This document shows, piece after piece, positions 17,845 to 26,796 of a stretch of 28,295 nt of DNA (its first letter is position 1; every line of letters starts with the position of its first letter). Source of the stretch: a plasmid; the sequence record NZ_CP027233.1; one strand, 5' to 3'. Below the pieces are notes generated by a model. It saw nothing but the letters and a program-made list of their open reading frames with translations. It did not search any database and was not told where the DNA came from. Made by a program: the position numbers and the translations under genes.

Positions 17845-18783
17845 TTAACTTAAAATTGTTGAATATCCTAATATTGCTGGCTTTTCAGTATCCGAAAGTA
17901 TAAAAACACCCCCTTTTGTATTTCCATTTATATGAAATTCTATTTCAGCATCTGCAGGAATAAGCATCTCTAATAGAGAGTTTACTTGTTTTCGTTCTTC
18001 ACTATTTGGGAAAATAAAGTTCTTGTATTTCCAAGGCAAATTATTAACTCGTATGATTATTACAGGTAACATTTCTACAAGTTCATTTCCTATAATTGAA
18101 CTTCTCCCTAATTTTTCTTTCCCCAATTTCCAATGATGAGAGGTTCTCAAACGGAAATGTTTAAAAGTATTCTCTACAGTTACTTCACATTCTAAAAAAA
18201 ATGACAATATAGAGGCAATTTGTTCACTATCAGTAATACGATATCCTTGTGATAAAAAATTTATAATAAAAAACGCCTTGTCTAACGGCATTCCCTTCAA
18301 GAAAGGCCAGTGAACAACAAATAAATTTACAAAGTCATCATATTCAAAAGGTTTTTCCAAACGCCTTTCATATAACTGAGTAAAAATAAATGCTTGGTCT
18401 ATAAATTGTTCAAAAGGTTTGAAAAAAAGTCGAGCATAAGCTTCCTCCTTTTCTCCTTGCTTGATGATTTTTAATAAAGTTGTTTTCTCTTTATTCTTTT
18501 GGGCTATAGAATTTGTATTGTGAAAAAGGCCTTTTGGGAGCGATTCATATAAATCTCTTCGGTGAATATGGATAGAATAAAAATCTCCCTTATACGTATG
18601 CTCTTCAATTATTTTATCTACTTCCTTACGAACCCCTCTATAAGATTTCCCTTTGCGAATGATCTTGATATTTTCTTTATCAACCCCTTTTTCAATAAGT
18701 GCACAAGCAAACACTTCGGCTTTGAAATTTGTAGCCAAAGTGTTCTTTAATAAATTGTGATTTATTGTAGACTTATTTTTCAT
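17845..18783 (-). CDS. Hypothetical soluble protein (312 aa). Possibly TssG-like baseplate component, by size and position after tssK.
   Basis: No TM segments. 16 nt downstream of tssK. The locus otherwise lacks a tssG candidate, but no motif was checked. Confidence 0.35.
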   Translation of the reverse strand: MKNKSTINHNLLKNTLATNFKAEVFACALIEKGVDKENIKIIRKGKSYRGVRKEVDKIIEEHTYKGDFYSIHIHRRDLYESLPKGLFHNTNSIAQKNKEKTTLLKIIKQGEKEEAYARLFFKPFEQFIDQAFIFTQLYERRLEKPFEYDDFVNLFVVHWPFLKGMPLDKAFFIINFLSQGYRITDSEQIASILSFFLECEVTVENTFKHFRLRTSHHWKLGKEKLGRSSIIGNELVEMLPVIIIRVNNLPWKYKNFIFPNSEERKQVNSLLEMLIPADAEIEFHINGNTKGGVFILSDTEKPAILGYSTILS

Positions 18784-18799
18784 AGTCAGAAGTATATTC

Positions 18800-19885
18800 T
18801 TATGCTCTACTTTCAGATATAACTATACTTTCTCTGTGCTGACCGACAAATTCTAATTGGGAGAGGTTACTAAACAATTCTTTCAGATTTTCCAAAGTAG
18901 AATTGATGTTATACATAGAAAGCTGAATGCGATTGTGATTATATATTGTAGCATAAGAATCTGAAAGCATTTGTTCAAAAGAAGAAGGCAAAACACCATT
19001 CCATTCTTGGAAGTACTTCAAAAGCTCCTCTTTGTCTTTCTTTGATAAAAAAACAAAAGAAGATAAAATGCTACCTATTAATCCATTTATTTTCTCACAA
19101 ACCGTGAAAGGAGATAATCGATAAGGATCATTTTTAAAACTATAGTTGTTAGAGGCAATATATCTAAGCGTTTCTTTACAAAGAACAGAAAGACTTTCGG
19201 TTATGGAATTGTGATTGGGTTGTGTCTGTATCTTTAATAAGATACTTTTCAATTTACTATCAATATCATTTATACTACCTAAAAAATCACTCATATTCTC
19301 CTTAAGAGATTCGTGAGCATCCATTGATAAAGAAGGAGGAATATAATTATAGTCTATAATGTATTCAGAATTATTACTCCTTTTAAGAACCCCAACAATC
19401 ACACTAGAAGAGTCGTAAGTACTATTTTCTTCTGTAGAGATTATTCCTAATTGAAATTGAGGTTGAATATTAGGATAACGCAAAGGCATTTCATTGGGGT
19501 CGGGAGTCCCTATAGGTTTTCTTTGATAAGGAAAAACGGTTAATATAATGTCCCAAGTTTGGTTGTCTTTCCCTTCCTGGATGTCAAAGGTAACACGTAT
19601 GTCAGCATTATCTTTTTCATCTATAAAAATAGGGAAACCATTAGGGCAAATACCATAATAAGTTTTCAAATGAATATCCAATTTATTGCCTATCTTCTCT
19701 ATCTCAATGTTTGAATGGGAAAGATTACTACCGGGCAAAATACCATATTGACCAGAAAAAGCAATAGAAGTGGCTTTAAGGATTCTCTCCAAAAGAAAGT
19801 TCTCTGTATTTATAAAATGAGAAGCATTAATGTGCATCCCATCTACCCAATTGATAGGGAAATATTCAAAATTACTCATAAACAA
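18800..19885 (-). CDS. tssK: TssK-like baseplate protein
   Basis: N-terminus FPINWVDGMHINASHFINTENFL resembles the TssK N-terminal hallmark (v.W.eGm.l.PqHFQq). 361 aa is shorter than proteobacterial TssK. Confidence 0.6.
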   Translation of the reverse strand: MFMSNFEYFPINWVDGMHINASHFINTENFLLERILKATSIAFSGQYGILPGSNLSHSNIEIEKIGNKLDIHLKTYYGICPNGFPIFIDEKDNADIRVTFDIQEGKDNQTWDIILTVFPYQRKPIGTPDPNEMPLRYPNIQPQFQLGIISTEENSTYDSSSVIVGVLKRSNNSEYIIDYNYIPPSLSMDAHESLKENMSDFLGSINDIDSKLKSILLKIQTQPNHNSITESLSVLCKETLRYIASNNYSFKNDPYRLSPFTVCEKINGLIGSILSSFVFLSKKDKEELLKYFQEWNGVLPSSFEQMLSDSYATIYNHNRIQLSMYNINSTLENLKELFSNLSQLEFVGQHRESIVISESRA

Positions 19886-20291
19886 AACAAATGCTGTAAT
19901 ACAAGCGACAAAAGTATGTGTTTTTTTCTAAATATAAAAATTTTTGGGGTTATTTTTCTCACCTGCTCATTTTGTAATTTCTCAATCTCCCTCACTACGG
20001 TGGACTATCTCGGTATAACTTTTCTCTTTCTTTTGTCTCGAAACTATTTCTTGACATTTTTGACATTATTGTATTACAATATGAGTCAAATGCTTATATA
20101 CCCTTTCTATATCAATCGTTCGTCATTCGTTCATCATTTCTATATCCTTTTTATAACTTATGTATATCTTCCTAAGAGCCTTTTCTCACCAAAATCCTCT
20201 CCAACTCTTTTTTGATATTTTTCGTTTTTCTCCGATAACTCCACAAGTCTTCCCAAATTTTCTAATTCTCTATTTTTTTCTCTCCCCACAT

Positions 20292-20367
20292 AGCCAGCTG
20301 TGAGCTCTCGCTGGCTTTAGCTCGTACCCTTTTTACCAATTACGTACCCGTGTGCTCACACGGGTAC
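20292..20367. repeat. Two adjacent GC-rich palindromes in the clpV-tssK intergenic region
   Basis: AGCCAGC-(11 nt)-GCTGGCT at 20292-20316. GTACCCGTGTG-ct-CACACGGGTAC at 20344-20367, an 11-bp perfect arm. On the minus strand neither is followed by a U-tract, so they are not classic terminators for clpV. Confidence 0.5.
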
Positions 20368-20475
20368 ACAACTAATTACATAAAACATAAATAGTATAAT
20401 ATAAATAATATTTTTTGTTTATATTTGATTATTAATAGGTGTTTACAAGTTGTTTATAAAACTTTTTTTCATTCT

Positions 20476-22962
20476 TTAAAAATCTTTTACTTCCCACACT
20501 ATTTCCTCTTGGTCATTTACATTGCCTACTAACAATTGTCCTTTTTTGAGCGTTCCTGAAAGTATCATTCGTGAGATAGGTCGGCGCAAGTAGTTGCGTA
20601 TAGTACCCGCTACTTGTCGGGCGCCGTACTTAGGAGTGAAACCTTTAAAGGCAAGAGTTTTCTTTGCCTCGTCGGTAAGCGTAATATCCATATTTTGGGC
20701 TTGTAAGAGTTTTCTAAATCCTTTAAACTGTATGTCGAATATTTTTAAAAGCATTTCTTCTTTAATAGGGGAAAAAGGTACTATTTCCGAAAGACGCGCC
20801 AAGAACTCAGGGCGGAAGTAACGCGCCATTATTTCCATCATCTGTATAGTGGTAGGGTGTCGCCCTTCGCTCATTTCTTGGGCTATCCAATCGCTCCCTA
20901 CATTCGAGGTAAAAATGATAATCGCATTCGAAAAATCGCCCTCTTTGCCCAAGCGGTCGTGCAGTTTTCCCTCGTCCATTATCTGCAAAAAGATATCGTA
21001 AACCGAGGCGTGTGCCTTCTCAATCTCATCAAAAAGTACTACCGAATAAGGTTGTTCTCGTATTTTGTTCACCAAAAGTCCGCCTTCTTCATAGCCCACA
21101 TATCCCGGAGGTGCTCCATAAAGCAAGGCTGCTGAGTGTTCTTCTTTAAACTCCGACATATCAAAGCGTATCATCGCCTTTTCATCGTTAAAAAGGGCTT
21201 CTGCCAATGATTTGGTAAGCTCTGTCTTCCCTGTTCCCGTAGGGCCTAAGAAAAAGAATGAACCAATCGGTTGCCCTTGTTTGTTCATTCCGCTACGCGA
21301 TTCCAAAATAGCATCAGTCAGCGATTTTATGGCGTGATCTTGCCCTACAACGCGCTGCTGTAAGACTTGCTCCATTTGCAGTAATTTTTCTTTTTCACCT
21401 TCTTGTATTTTTCCTACGGGTATATTAGTTTTTGCCGCCACTACACTTGCTAAGTGTTCTTCTTCTACTTTTTGTATGGGTTTCTTTGCAAACGCTTCTA
21501 TTTGTGAGGCTATGGTGTTAAGGGTTTCCCAAACGGTAGCACTATCAGTATTTTCGTCTATCTTTACGTCTTGGTTTAAAAAGCCTTTTACAATAGGGCT
21601 CAACCCTACCGAAAAATCTCTCCACACCTTTGATAGCTCTTTTAAGAAATCGTCATCTGTGAGGTCTATCCGTTTTTCCTCTAATTCTTTGAGTTGTTGC
21701 AATAGCGAAAGGTGGTCAGTAGTAGCAGCTTCATTAGTCATTTTTACAGCCGACATTGTGCGGTCGAGCAAATCAATAGCTGAGTCTGGCAAACGGCGGT
21801 CTTTTACGTATCTTTTAGCCATTGTTACGCATTTGCTTAGGGCTTCATCGCTTATGTCTAATTTGTGGAATGCTTTGTATTTTTCAAGAGAAAAATGCAA
21901 CATAGCGGTAGCGTTTTCGGCAGTAGGCTCTTCAATCGATAGGACTTCAAACCTACGGCTAAAAGCGTGGTCGGGTTCAATGAGTTTGCGGTACTCATCG
22001 GTAGTGGTTGCCCCTATAACGGTAAGATTTCCTTTAGAGAGTTCGGGTTTTAGGATATTGGCGGCTCCTGCATTGCCTTGTTTAGGGTCTAATAGCGTGT
22101 GTATTTCGTCTATAAAAAGGATTACCCTATCCATTTGGCGAAGCTCTTTGATAATGTTTTTCAAGCGGTCTTCTATTTCGCCTTTATAAGTAGCTCCTGC
22201 TATCAAGGCTCCGTTGTCTAATTCCCAAACAGTAGTTTCAGAAAGGAAAGAAGGTACTTTTTCATTGATAATATCGTAAACAAGTCCATCAACAATAGCT
22301 GTTTTTCCTACTCCCGAATCGCCTATAATCATCACGTTGGGCTTGCTATGTCTGCCTAATATTTCAAGCATTTGCCTTGTTTCCTTATTTCTCCCTACAA
22401 TAGGAGATAAGTTTTGCTCACGAGCTTGGGCAGTTTTATCAATACAGTATTTTAGTAAGTTTGTAAGCGGTTGAGAAGTAGTACCGCTGTTTTCTTGCCC
22501 CTCAGACTGCTGAAGTACCTGCAGAGGAATATGGTCTCCTTGTAAGAAGAAGTCTAATATTTCTTTTTCGCGTATGGGAAAAGATTTGAGCTGGTCGGCA
22601 GAGAAGCCTACTTCAGGCTTTGCTAAGGCGCAAAGAGTGCAAATAGGGTTGATTTGCAACAAGCCTAATTTGAGGCGTACATTATCCGCTTCTTCAAAAA
22701 CTTTAGGTATTTTTTCATCAGCATCTACTTCGGTAACGCCGGCCAGTCGCTCGCATTCTTCCATTCGTATTTCAGCCCATTCCTCCAAGAAAAGAGCATC
22801 TTTACCTAATGAAACTACAAAGCTACCTAAACCTACTTCTTTATGTAGTAATGCTTTGAGCAAATGTGCAGGGGTATAATATTTATTGCCGTATTCTCTA
22901 GCGATAGATTTAGCTATTCTAATAGCCGATTGTACTGATTCGTCTAAGTTTAAAAAATCCAT
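20476..22962 (-). CDS. clpV: ClpV / TssH AAA+ ATPase (ClpB-like, two AAA domains)
   Basis: 828 aa. D1 Walker A IGDSGVGKTAIVDGL and D2 Walker A GPTGTGKTELTKSLAEALF. Has a ClpB-like N-domain and lies in a T6SS context. Confidence 0.9.
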   Translation of the reverse strand: MDFLNLDESVQSAIRIAKSIAREYGNKYYTPAHLLKALLHKEVGLGSFVVSLGKDALFLEEWAEIRMEECERLAGVTEVDADEKIPKVFEEADNVRLKLGLLQINPICTLCALAKPEVGFSADQLKSFPIREKEILDFFLQGDHIPLQVLQQSEGQENSGTTSQPLTNLLKYCIDKTAQAREQNLSPIVGRNKETRQMLEILGRHSKPNVMIIGDSGVGKTAIVDGLVYDIINEKVPSFLSETTVWELDNGALIAGATYKGEIEDRLKNIIKELRQMDRVILFIDEIHTLLDPKQGNAGAANILKPELSKGNLTVIGATTTDEYRKLIEPDHAFSRRFEVLSIEEPTAENATAMLHFSLEKYKAFHKLDISDEALSKCVTMAKRYVKDRRLPDSAIDLLDRTMSAVKMTNEAATTDHLSLLQQLKELEEKRIDLTDDDFLKELSKVWRDFSVGLSPIVKGFLNQDVKIDENTDSATVWETLNTIASQIEAFAKKPIQKVEEEHLASVVAAKTNIPVGKIQEGEKEKLLQMEQVLQQRVVGQDHAIKSLTDAILESRSGMNKQGQPIGSFFFLGPTGTGKTELTKSLAEALFNDEKAMIRFDMSEFKEEHSAALLYGAPPGYVGYEEGGLLVNKIREQPYSVVLFDEIEKAHASVYDIFLQIMDEGKLHDRLGKEGDFSNAIIIFTSNVGSDWIAQEMSEGRHPTTIQMMEIMARYFRPEFLARLSEIVPFSPIKEEMLLKIFDIQFKGFRKLLQAQNMDITLTDEAKKTLAFKGFTPKYGARQVAGTIRNYLRRPISRMILSGTLKKGQLLVGNVNDQEEIVWEVKDF

Positions 22963-23008
22963 TGTTTTTCTATTTTATACAGAAGCAAATGTACAAAAAA
23001 AAATTAAA

Positions 23009-23066
23009 ATACATTATAAAACTCCTACTAAAAGAATTATAAATACATTATAAAACTCCTACTATA
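23009..23066. repeat. Iteron copies (2) downstream of rep, in the clpV upstream region
   Basis: ACATTATAAAACTCCTACTA at 23011-23030 and 23045-23064, spaced 34 bp apart. Confidence 0.7.
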
Positions 23067-23083
23067 AAATGTATTTTGTTGAT

Positions 23084-24103
23084 TTATATGTTTTTATTAG
23101 CTTCTGAAACTATTTTTCCTACCTTCTTTTTAAGGGCATTTATTAAATACCCTTTTCTGTTGCTAATAATTTTACCTCTTCTTTCATATTCATTCATTTT
23201 TGCTTTTATACTTGCACACTCATTCAATAAATCAGAAACAGCATTTATATTTTTGAAAGTTTCTATATTTTTTCGTAATTCTATTTCTGTAAAACCAAAA
23301 TTGTGGTTCAAGTAATTTACCTCTTCTTTTGATAGAGAGAATCTTGAAGATATCTTTTGGTTTAAACTACGGCGTTCCAAATCTGAATCTATATATTGAG
23401 GTTGGTATTTAGGAGTAAAAGTTATAGAAACAATCTTTCCCCCTCTTCCTTTTCTATTAAGCTCAAAATCAAACGTATAAGGGCTATATTTATCAAGCTC
23501 TTTTTTAGCAGCACTTATAACATCTCTTATAAAATCTTTTGTATACTTATACTTATCTGTAATATTGAACATTTCCTTAATTTGCTCAACTGTAAAAGTT
23601 ATAGGTTTTTTTTGATTACTAAATATCTCATAGAAACGCATTGCATAAACACTTTCAAAACTCATAGCTGTTTGAAGTTCATATTTTCTATATCCTTTTG
23701 AAAAGTCCATAAATACTGACGCTATGAAAGGAGATAACCTAAAACTAACCATTCCTGCCTTTTTATCTATAACAGGACGCTCAATAAGATTAAATGCTCT
23801 AAAAACATTATTGTCCTCTGTTTTTATTTGCTTTTGGTTAAGTGCTAACAAAGCTTTCTTAGCGATACTATGATTGTTATCTTTTTCGTCTTTTAAAAAA
23901 CTCTTTGTTGGCATTTGTATATCAACATCCCCAAAAAGATTGTTCTGAACGTTATAACGTTCATTTAATTTCTTCCCTTCAGTTAGTTCTTGCATAAGCT
24001 CTATAATACGGTATAAAATACGTTTTTCATATACGTTATAATCATACTTAGCCGTAGTAAGAATATATGATTGTACTAGCTCTTTATTATTATTTTCTTC
24101 CAT
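23084..24103 (-). CDS. rep: Rep_3-family plasmid replication initiator (iteron-binding RepA-like)
   Basis: 339 aa. N-terminal VQSYILTTAKYDYNVYEKRILYRIIELM fits the Rep_3 pattern (sn.l..a.y.Ls..ekrll...is.i). Flanked on both sides by directly repeated about 20-bp iterons. Confidence 0.7.
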   Translation of the reverse strand: MEENNNKELVQSYILTTAKYDYNVYEKRILYRIIELMQELTEGKKLNERYNVQNNLFGDVDIQMPTKSFLKDEKDNNHSIAKKALLALNQKQIKTEDNNVFRAFNLIERPVIDKKAGMVSFRLSPFIASVFMDFSKGYRKYELQTAMSFESVYAMRFYEIFSNQKKPITFTVEQIKEMFNITDKYKYTKDFIRDVISAAKKELDKYSPYTFDFELNRKGRGGKIVSITFTPKYQPQYIDSDLERRSLNQKISSRFSLSKEEVNYLNHNFGFTEIELRKNIETFKNINAVSDLLNECASIKAKMNEYERRGKIISNRKGYLINALKKKVGKIVSEANKNI

Positions 24104-24123
24104 ATTATTTATAGGTTATTTTG

Positions 24124-24291
24124 CATTATAAAACTCCTATTTTACTAATAGATGGGGCAAAGATATATAAAAAGTAGGAGTTATAAAAATAATTCTCCTA
24201 CTTTTTGAAAAATACATTATAAAACTCCTACTAAAAGAATATGTCTACATTATAAAACTCCTACTATTCATTATAAAACTCCTACTATTCA
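24124..24291. repeat. Iteron array upstream of rep (candidate oriV). At least four direct copies plus one inverted partial copy.
   Basis: Copies of (A)CATTATAAAACTCCTACTA at 24124 (variant), 24214-24233, 24247-24266 and 24269-24287. An inverted partial AGTAGGAGTTATAA at 24173-24186 forms an inverted repeat with CTCCTACT at 24195-24202. Copy spacings are 33 and 22 bp. Confidence 0.7.
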
Positions 24292-24988
24292 TTTTTTATT
24301 ACTCTCTAAATCCTTCCGTAGAAAAGGCTTAAAGGTGTTTTTGTTTTTCGTTGATAAACATCATAATAAGCTATGATATTTTTTAATACAATCAAGAGAG
24401 TTTTTAAGAAAGTAAGACGAATTTTTTCACTTTCATTTGAAAAAAATCATCTCATCAAGAGACAAAAGCAAACTGGCCGGGTGAATTTTAACATTTTCTT
24501 AATATTTATAGAATTAAATCCAACATTTTAGAAATTAATTCCTTTAAAAGTATCCAAAATATTTTTTTAATAGATTTTTTAAATGGTTCTAACCTGAACC
24601 AATTATATTTAAATTTTATTTTCATGATGAAAATTTTTATGCAAAATAATATAGAACGCTTTTTTTTCCAAAAAGATAAATTAGACAGACTTTAAGCTGT
24701 CTATTTATATTATAATAGCAAATATAAGATGCGCTTGCTGATTACAAATAGATAAATTTTGAATAGTACTTTGTTTTTTCTTTCACCCTTTAAGGAGATA
24801 TGGGGAGGTAATTGTTAGGGGAGAATATTGCGGTTTCAATATTATTTATTACTTTTGCCGATAGTATAGCACGTATCAAAATGGGGTATGGGTGCGGTTT
24901 TATTAGTGTTATAGGTCGAGATGTGTTTTTGTTAGCACAAAAACCTTCTCGCCCGCCCTCCCGTTGGTCGGTTGGGGTTTGCCCTCAC

Positions 24989-25018
24989 GGGTTCGGGGGG
25001 AGGTCACCCCCCGAACCC
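24989..25018. promoter_or_regulatory. Candidate oriT. GC-rich 12-bp perfect inverted repeat upstream of the mob genes.
   Basis: GGGTTCGGGGGG-aggtca-CCCCCCGAACCC lies inside an 80-bp GC-rich island in otherwise about 30% GC DNA, 25 bp upstream of the mobC ATG. oriT sites of MobC/relaxase modules typically lie immediately upstream and contain such an inverted repeat next to the nic site. Confidence 0.4.
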
Positions 25019-25043
25019 CCCGCAGGTAAAAAGCGACGCAAAT

Positions 25044-25448
25044 ATGGCAGAAGAAAAAGACATCAAACCAGGTTGGCAGAACGCCACCAAAGAGAAAGGC
25101 ACTAAAGGTGGGCGACCTCCCAAGCAGGTAAAAGCTGAAGAACGTATTACTATCAGAGTTACCAGCTTTGAGAAATTAGCCATTGGCAAGAAAGCCGAAG
25201 CGGTAGGGCTTAGTTCCTCCGAGTACTGCCGTAGGGCAGCTTTAGAAAGACACATCACCCCTGCACTCACAGCAGAGGAGACAGAAGCCTATTTGACTTT
25301 AAAGAAATTCGCTACTGACTTTGCCAGGTTACGAAATGCCTTCAAAGTTGGTGCGCCTACACTGGTCGAGGAAATACGCCAGGTTATTTATAAATTAAAC
25401 GCTGAATTAGATTATATACGCAATGGTAAGCAAAGCAAAGGCAGTTAA
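25044..25448 (+). CDS. MobC-like relaxosome accessory protein (ribbon-helix-helix mobilization protein)
   Basis: MAEEKDIKPGWQNATKEKGTKGGRPPKQVKAEERITIRVTSFEKLAIGKKAEAVGLSSSEYCRRAALE has a GGRP lysine-rich tail then an RHH-like RITIRVT...SEY.RR core. This is typical of Bacteroides-type MobA/MobC accessory proteins. The track ORF from 24972 starts at a TTG inside the GC-rich inverted repeat and is likely over-extended. Confidence 0.65.
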   Translation: MAEEKDIKPGWQNATKEKGTKGGRPPKQVKAEERITIRVTSFEKLAIGKKAEAVGLSSSEYCRRAALERHITPALTAEETEAYLTLKKFATDFARLRNAFKVGAPTLVEEIRQVIYKLNAELDYIRNGKQSKGS

Positions 25449-26238
25449 AGGCAGTGCGCAGGCTATTAATTATATTCTTGATGATAAAGGGCAAGCCCAA
25501 GAATTAGGGCGTAACCTGGTCAGTGGAGAGAATGGGGAGGAAATCCTTGCAGAGATGAGGGAAATACAAGAGATGAATGCCAGGTGCGAAAACAATACAT
25601 ACAGCATAGTTTTGAGCCCATCAAATGAACGTGAATTTACCAATAGGGAACTTTACGAAATAGGGTTGAAGCACTTGCAGAACTTGAATTTTGACCTAAA
25701 CAAAACCCAATTCCTTATGACAGTTCACAAGAGTACAGACCAGCCTCATATTCACATTATAGCCAATAGAATAGACATAGAAGGCAAAGCCCATAACGAT
25801 AACTTCATTGGGAAGAGAGCGCAAGAGAGTGCCGAGAGGATAGCCAAGAGTTTGGGATTAAAGACAGCGAGGGAAATCCAAGCTGAGAGAACTCCAGATA
25901 TAAAGACACAGATACGGCAGGCGTACGAGCAGAGTGCCAAGAGAGGTTATACTTTTGAGGAATTTAGTAAGGCGATGAATAGTAAAGACATAGAAGTAAA
26001 TCCTACCATTAACAGCAGGGGAGAAATGCAGGGAATGCGATTTGTACACAAGGCGAGCGGTACCGACTTAAAAGCCTCCGAGCTCGGCAAGGCTTTTGGA
26101 GCGCGAAATTTGATAGATAGAGGGGTGAACCTTACTAAAATGCCTTTGTCTGCAAATCTGACTGAAATTGCCAGAAAAGCAGGTAAAATTGTAGTACAAA
26201 CAATCGACAGAGGTCGTGGAATGAGTATGGGAATTTAA
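25423..26238 (+). CDS. Mobilization relaxase (MobA/VirD2 relaxase domain family)
   Basis: N-terminus MVSKAKAVKGSAQAINYILDD is the relaxase N-terminus with the putative catalytic Tyr region. HKSTDQPHIHIIANRIDIEG is the HxDxxxPHxHxxxNRI histidine-triad motif of Pfam Relaxase. Overlaps the mobC end by 26 nt. Confidence 0.8.
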   Translation: MVSKAKAVKGSAQAINYILDDKGQAQELGRNLVSGENGEEILAEMREIQEMNARCENNTYSIVLSPSNEREFTNRELYEIGLKHLQNLNFDLNKTQFLMTVHKSTDQPHIHIIANRIDIEGKAHNDNFIGKRAQESAERIAKSLGLKTAREIQAERTPDIKTQIRQAYEQSAKRGYTFEEFSKAMNSKDIEVNPTINSRGEMQGMRFVHKASGTDLKASELGKAFGARNLIDRGVNLTKMPLSANLTEIARKAGKIVVQTIDRGRGMSMGI

Positions 26239-26267
26239 TATTTTTCTTTCAACATTAAAAATTATAT

Positions 26268-26747
26268 ATGGCACAAAGACTTTCCAATGAAATCATAGCG
26301 CAGGTTCTTACTGATGTAGTAACCAAGTTAGATAAGAGTATTAACAGCTTTAGGGGTGAGATATCCCAGATAAAACAAGACCTTACAGCGCACAGAGAGG
26401 CAACGCAAAAGGTATTAAGCAGGGCAATATCCGTAGATGTAAAGCCTATCGAGGAGGAGAGGGCAAAGCTGTTGCAGGAAGTGCAGAAAGAAAAAGAGGC
26501 TATAAAGGGAACGTTTAAAAATATATCCTTTGTGAAGTACGTGATTTATATAGCTATTGGAACAATCCTGGTCAATTCTTTATTATTTGGTTTCTTTATT
26601 TATTCTGCATCAAATGCAGACGCGCAGGAGGTTAGTAGTTTTAAAGAATATAGGAAGAAATTTCCTACTATTGAAAATCACTACCGAGAGTGGAAAGCCA
26701 ACCCAAAAGAAGTAGAAGAACGTTTTAAAAAGAATACACAGATGTAG
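26268..26747 (+). CDS. Hypothetical protein with one C-terminal-half TM segment, downstream of the relaxase (third gene of the mob operon)
   Basis: 159 aa. Coiled-coil-like N-terminal half, then the TM segment YVIYIAIGTILVNSLLFGFFIY. Starts 30 nt after the relaxase stop. Confidence 0.45.
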   Translation: MAQRLSNEIIAQVLTDVVTKLDKSINSFRGEISQIKQDLTAHREATQKVLSRAISVDVKPIEEERAKLLQEVQKEKEAIKGTFKNISFVKYVIYIAIGTILVNSLLFGFFIYSASNADAQEVSSFKEYRKKFPTIENHYREWKANPKEVEERFKKNTQM

Positions 26748-26796
26748 GAGAGTTTAACAGGCCATCCATCTTCTTCAGTTTTGAAATCCCATTTAA

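Noticed and set aside
19715-20215. 166-aa plus-strand ORF across the tssK start and intergenic region
   Set aside because: It overlaps the tssK N-terminus antisense. Its translation is low-complexity and its start lies inside tssK. It is likely spurious.
20283-20375. Possible tRNA or other structured RNA gene in the GC-rich palindromic region
   Set aside because: There is no T-arm GTTCnAnnC-like element, no cloverleaf-compatible arrangement of four stems, and no 3' CCA context. The palindromes are better described as DNA inverted repeats.
20594-22879. Plus-strand ORFs inside clpV (20594..20821, 20857..21135, 21476..22189, 22574..22879)
   Set aside because: They are antisense to ClpV, which has two intact Walker A motifs. 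The 237-aa one is Ser-rich and low-complexity, typical of an antisense artifact.
22995-24295. CRISPR array interpretation of the about 20-bp direct repeats
   Set aside because: The repeats are unevenly spaced (22-34 bp), and the spacers are too short and AT-rich. One copy is inverted. They bracket a Rep_3 gene, so iterons are the straightforward reading. There are no cas genes.
24812-25270. ORFs 24812..25105 (+) and 25004..25270 (-) across the GC-rich island
   Set aside because: Their translations are Pro/Gly/Arg-rich (GGRSPPEPPAGKKRRKYGRRKRH), typical of random ORFs in GC-rich non-coding DNA. The region is better explained as oriT plus the true mobC start at 25044.
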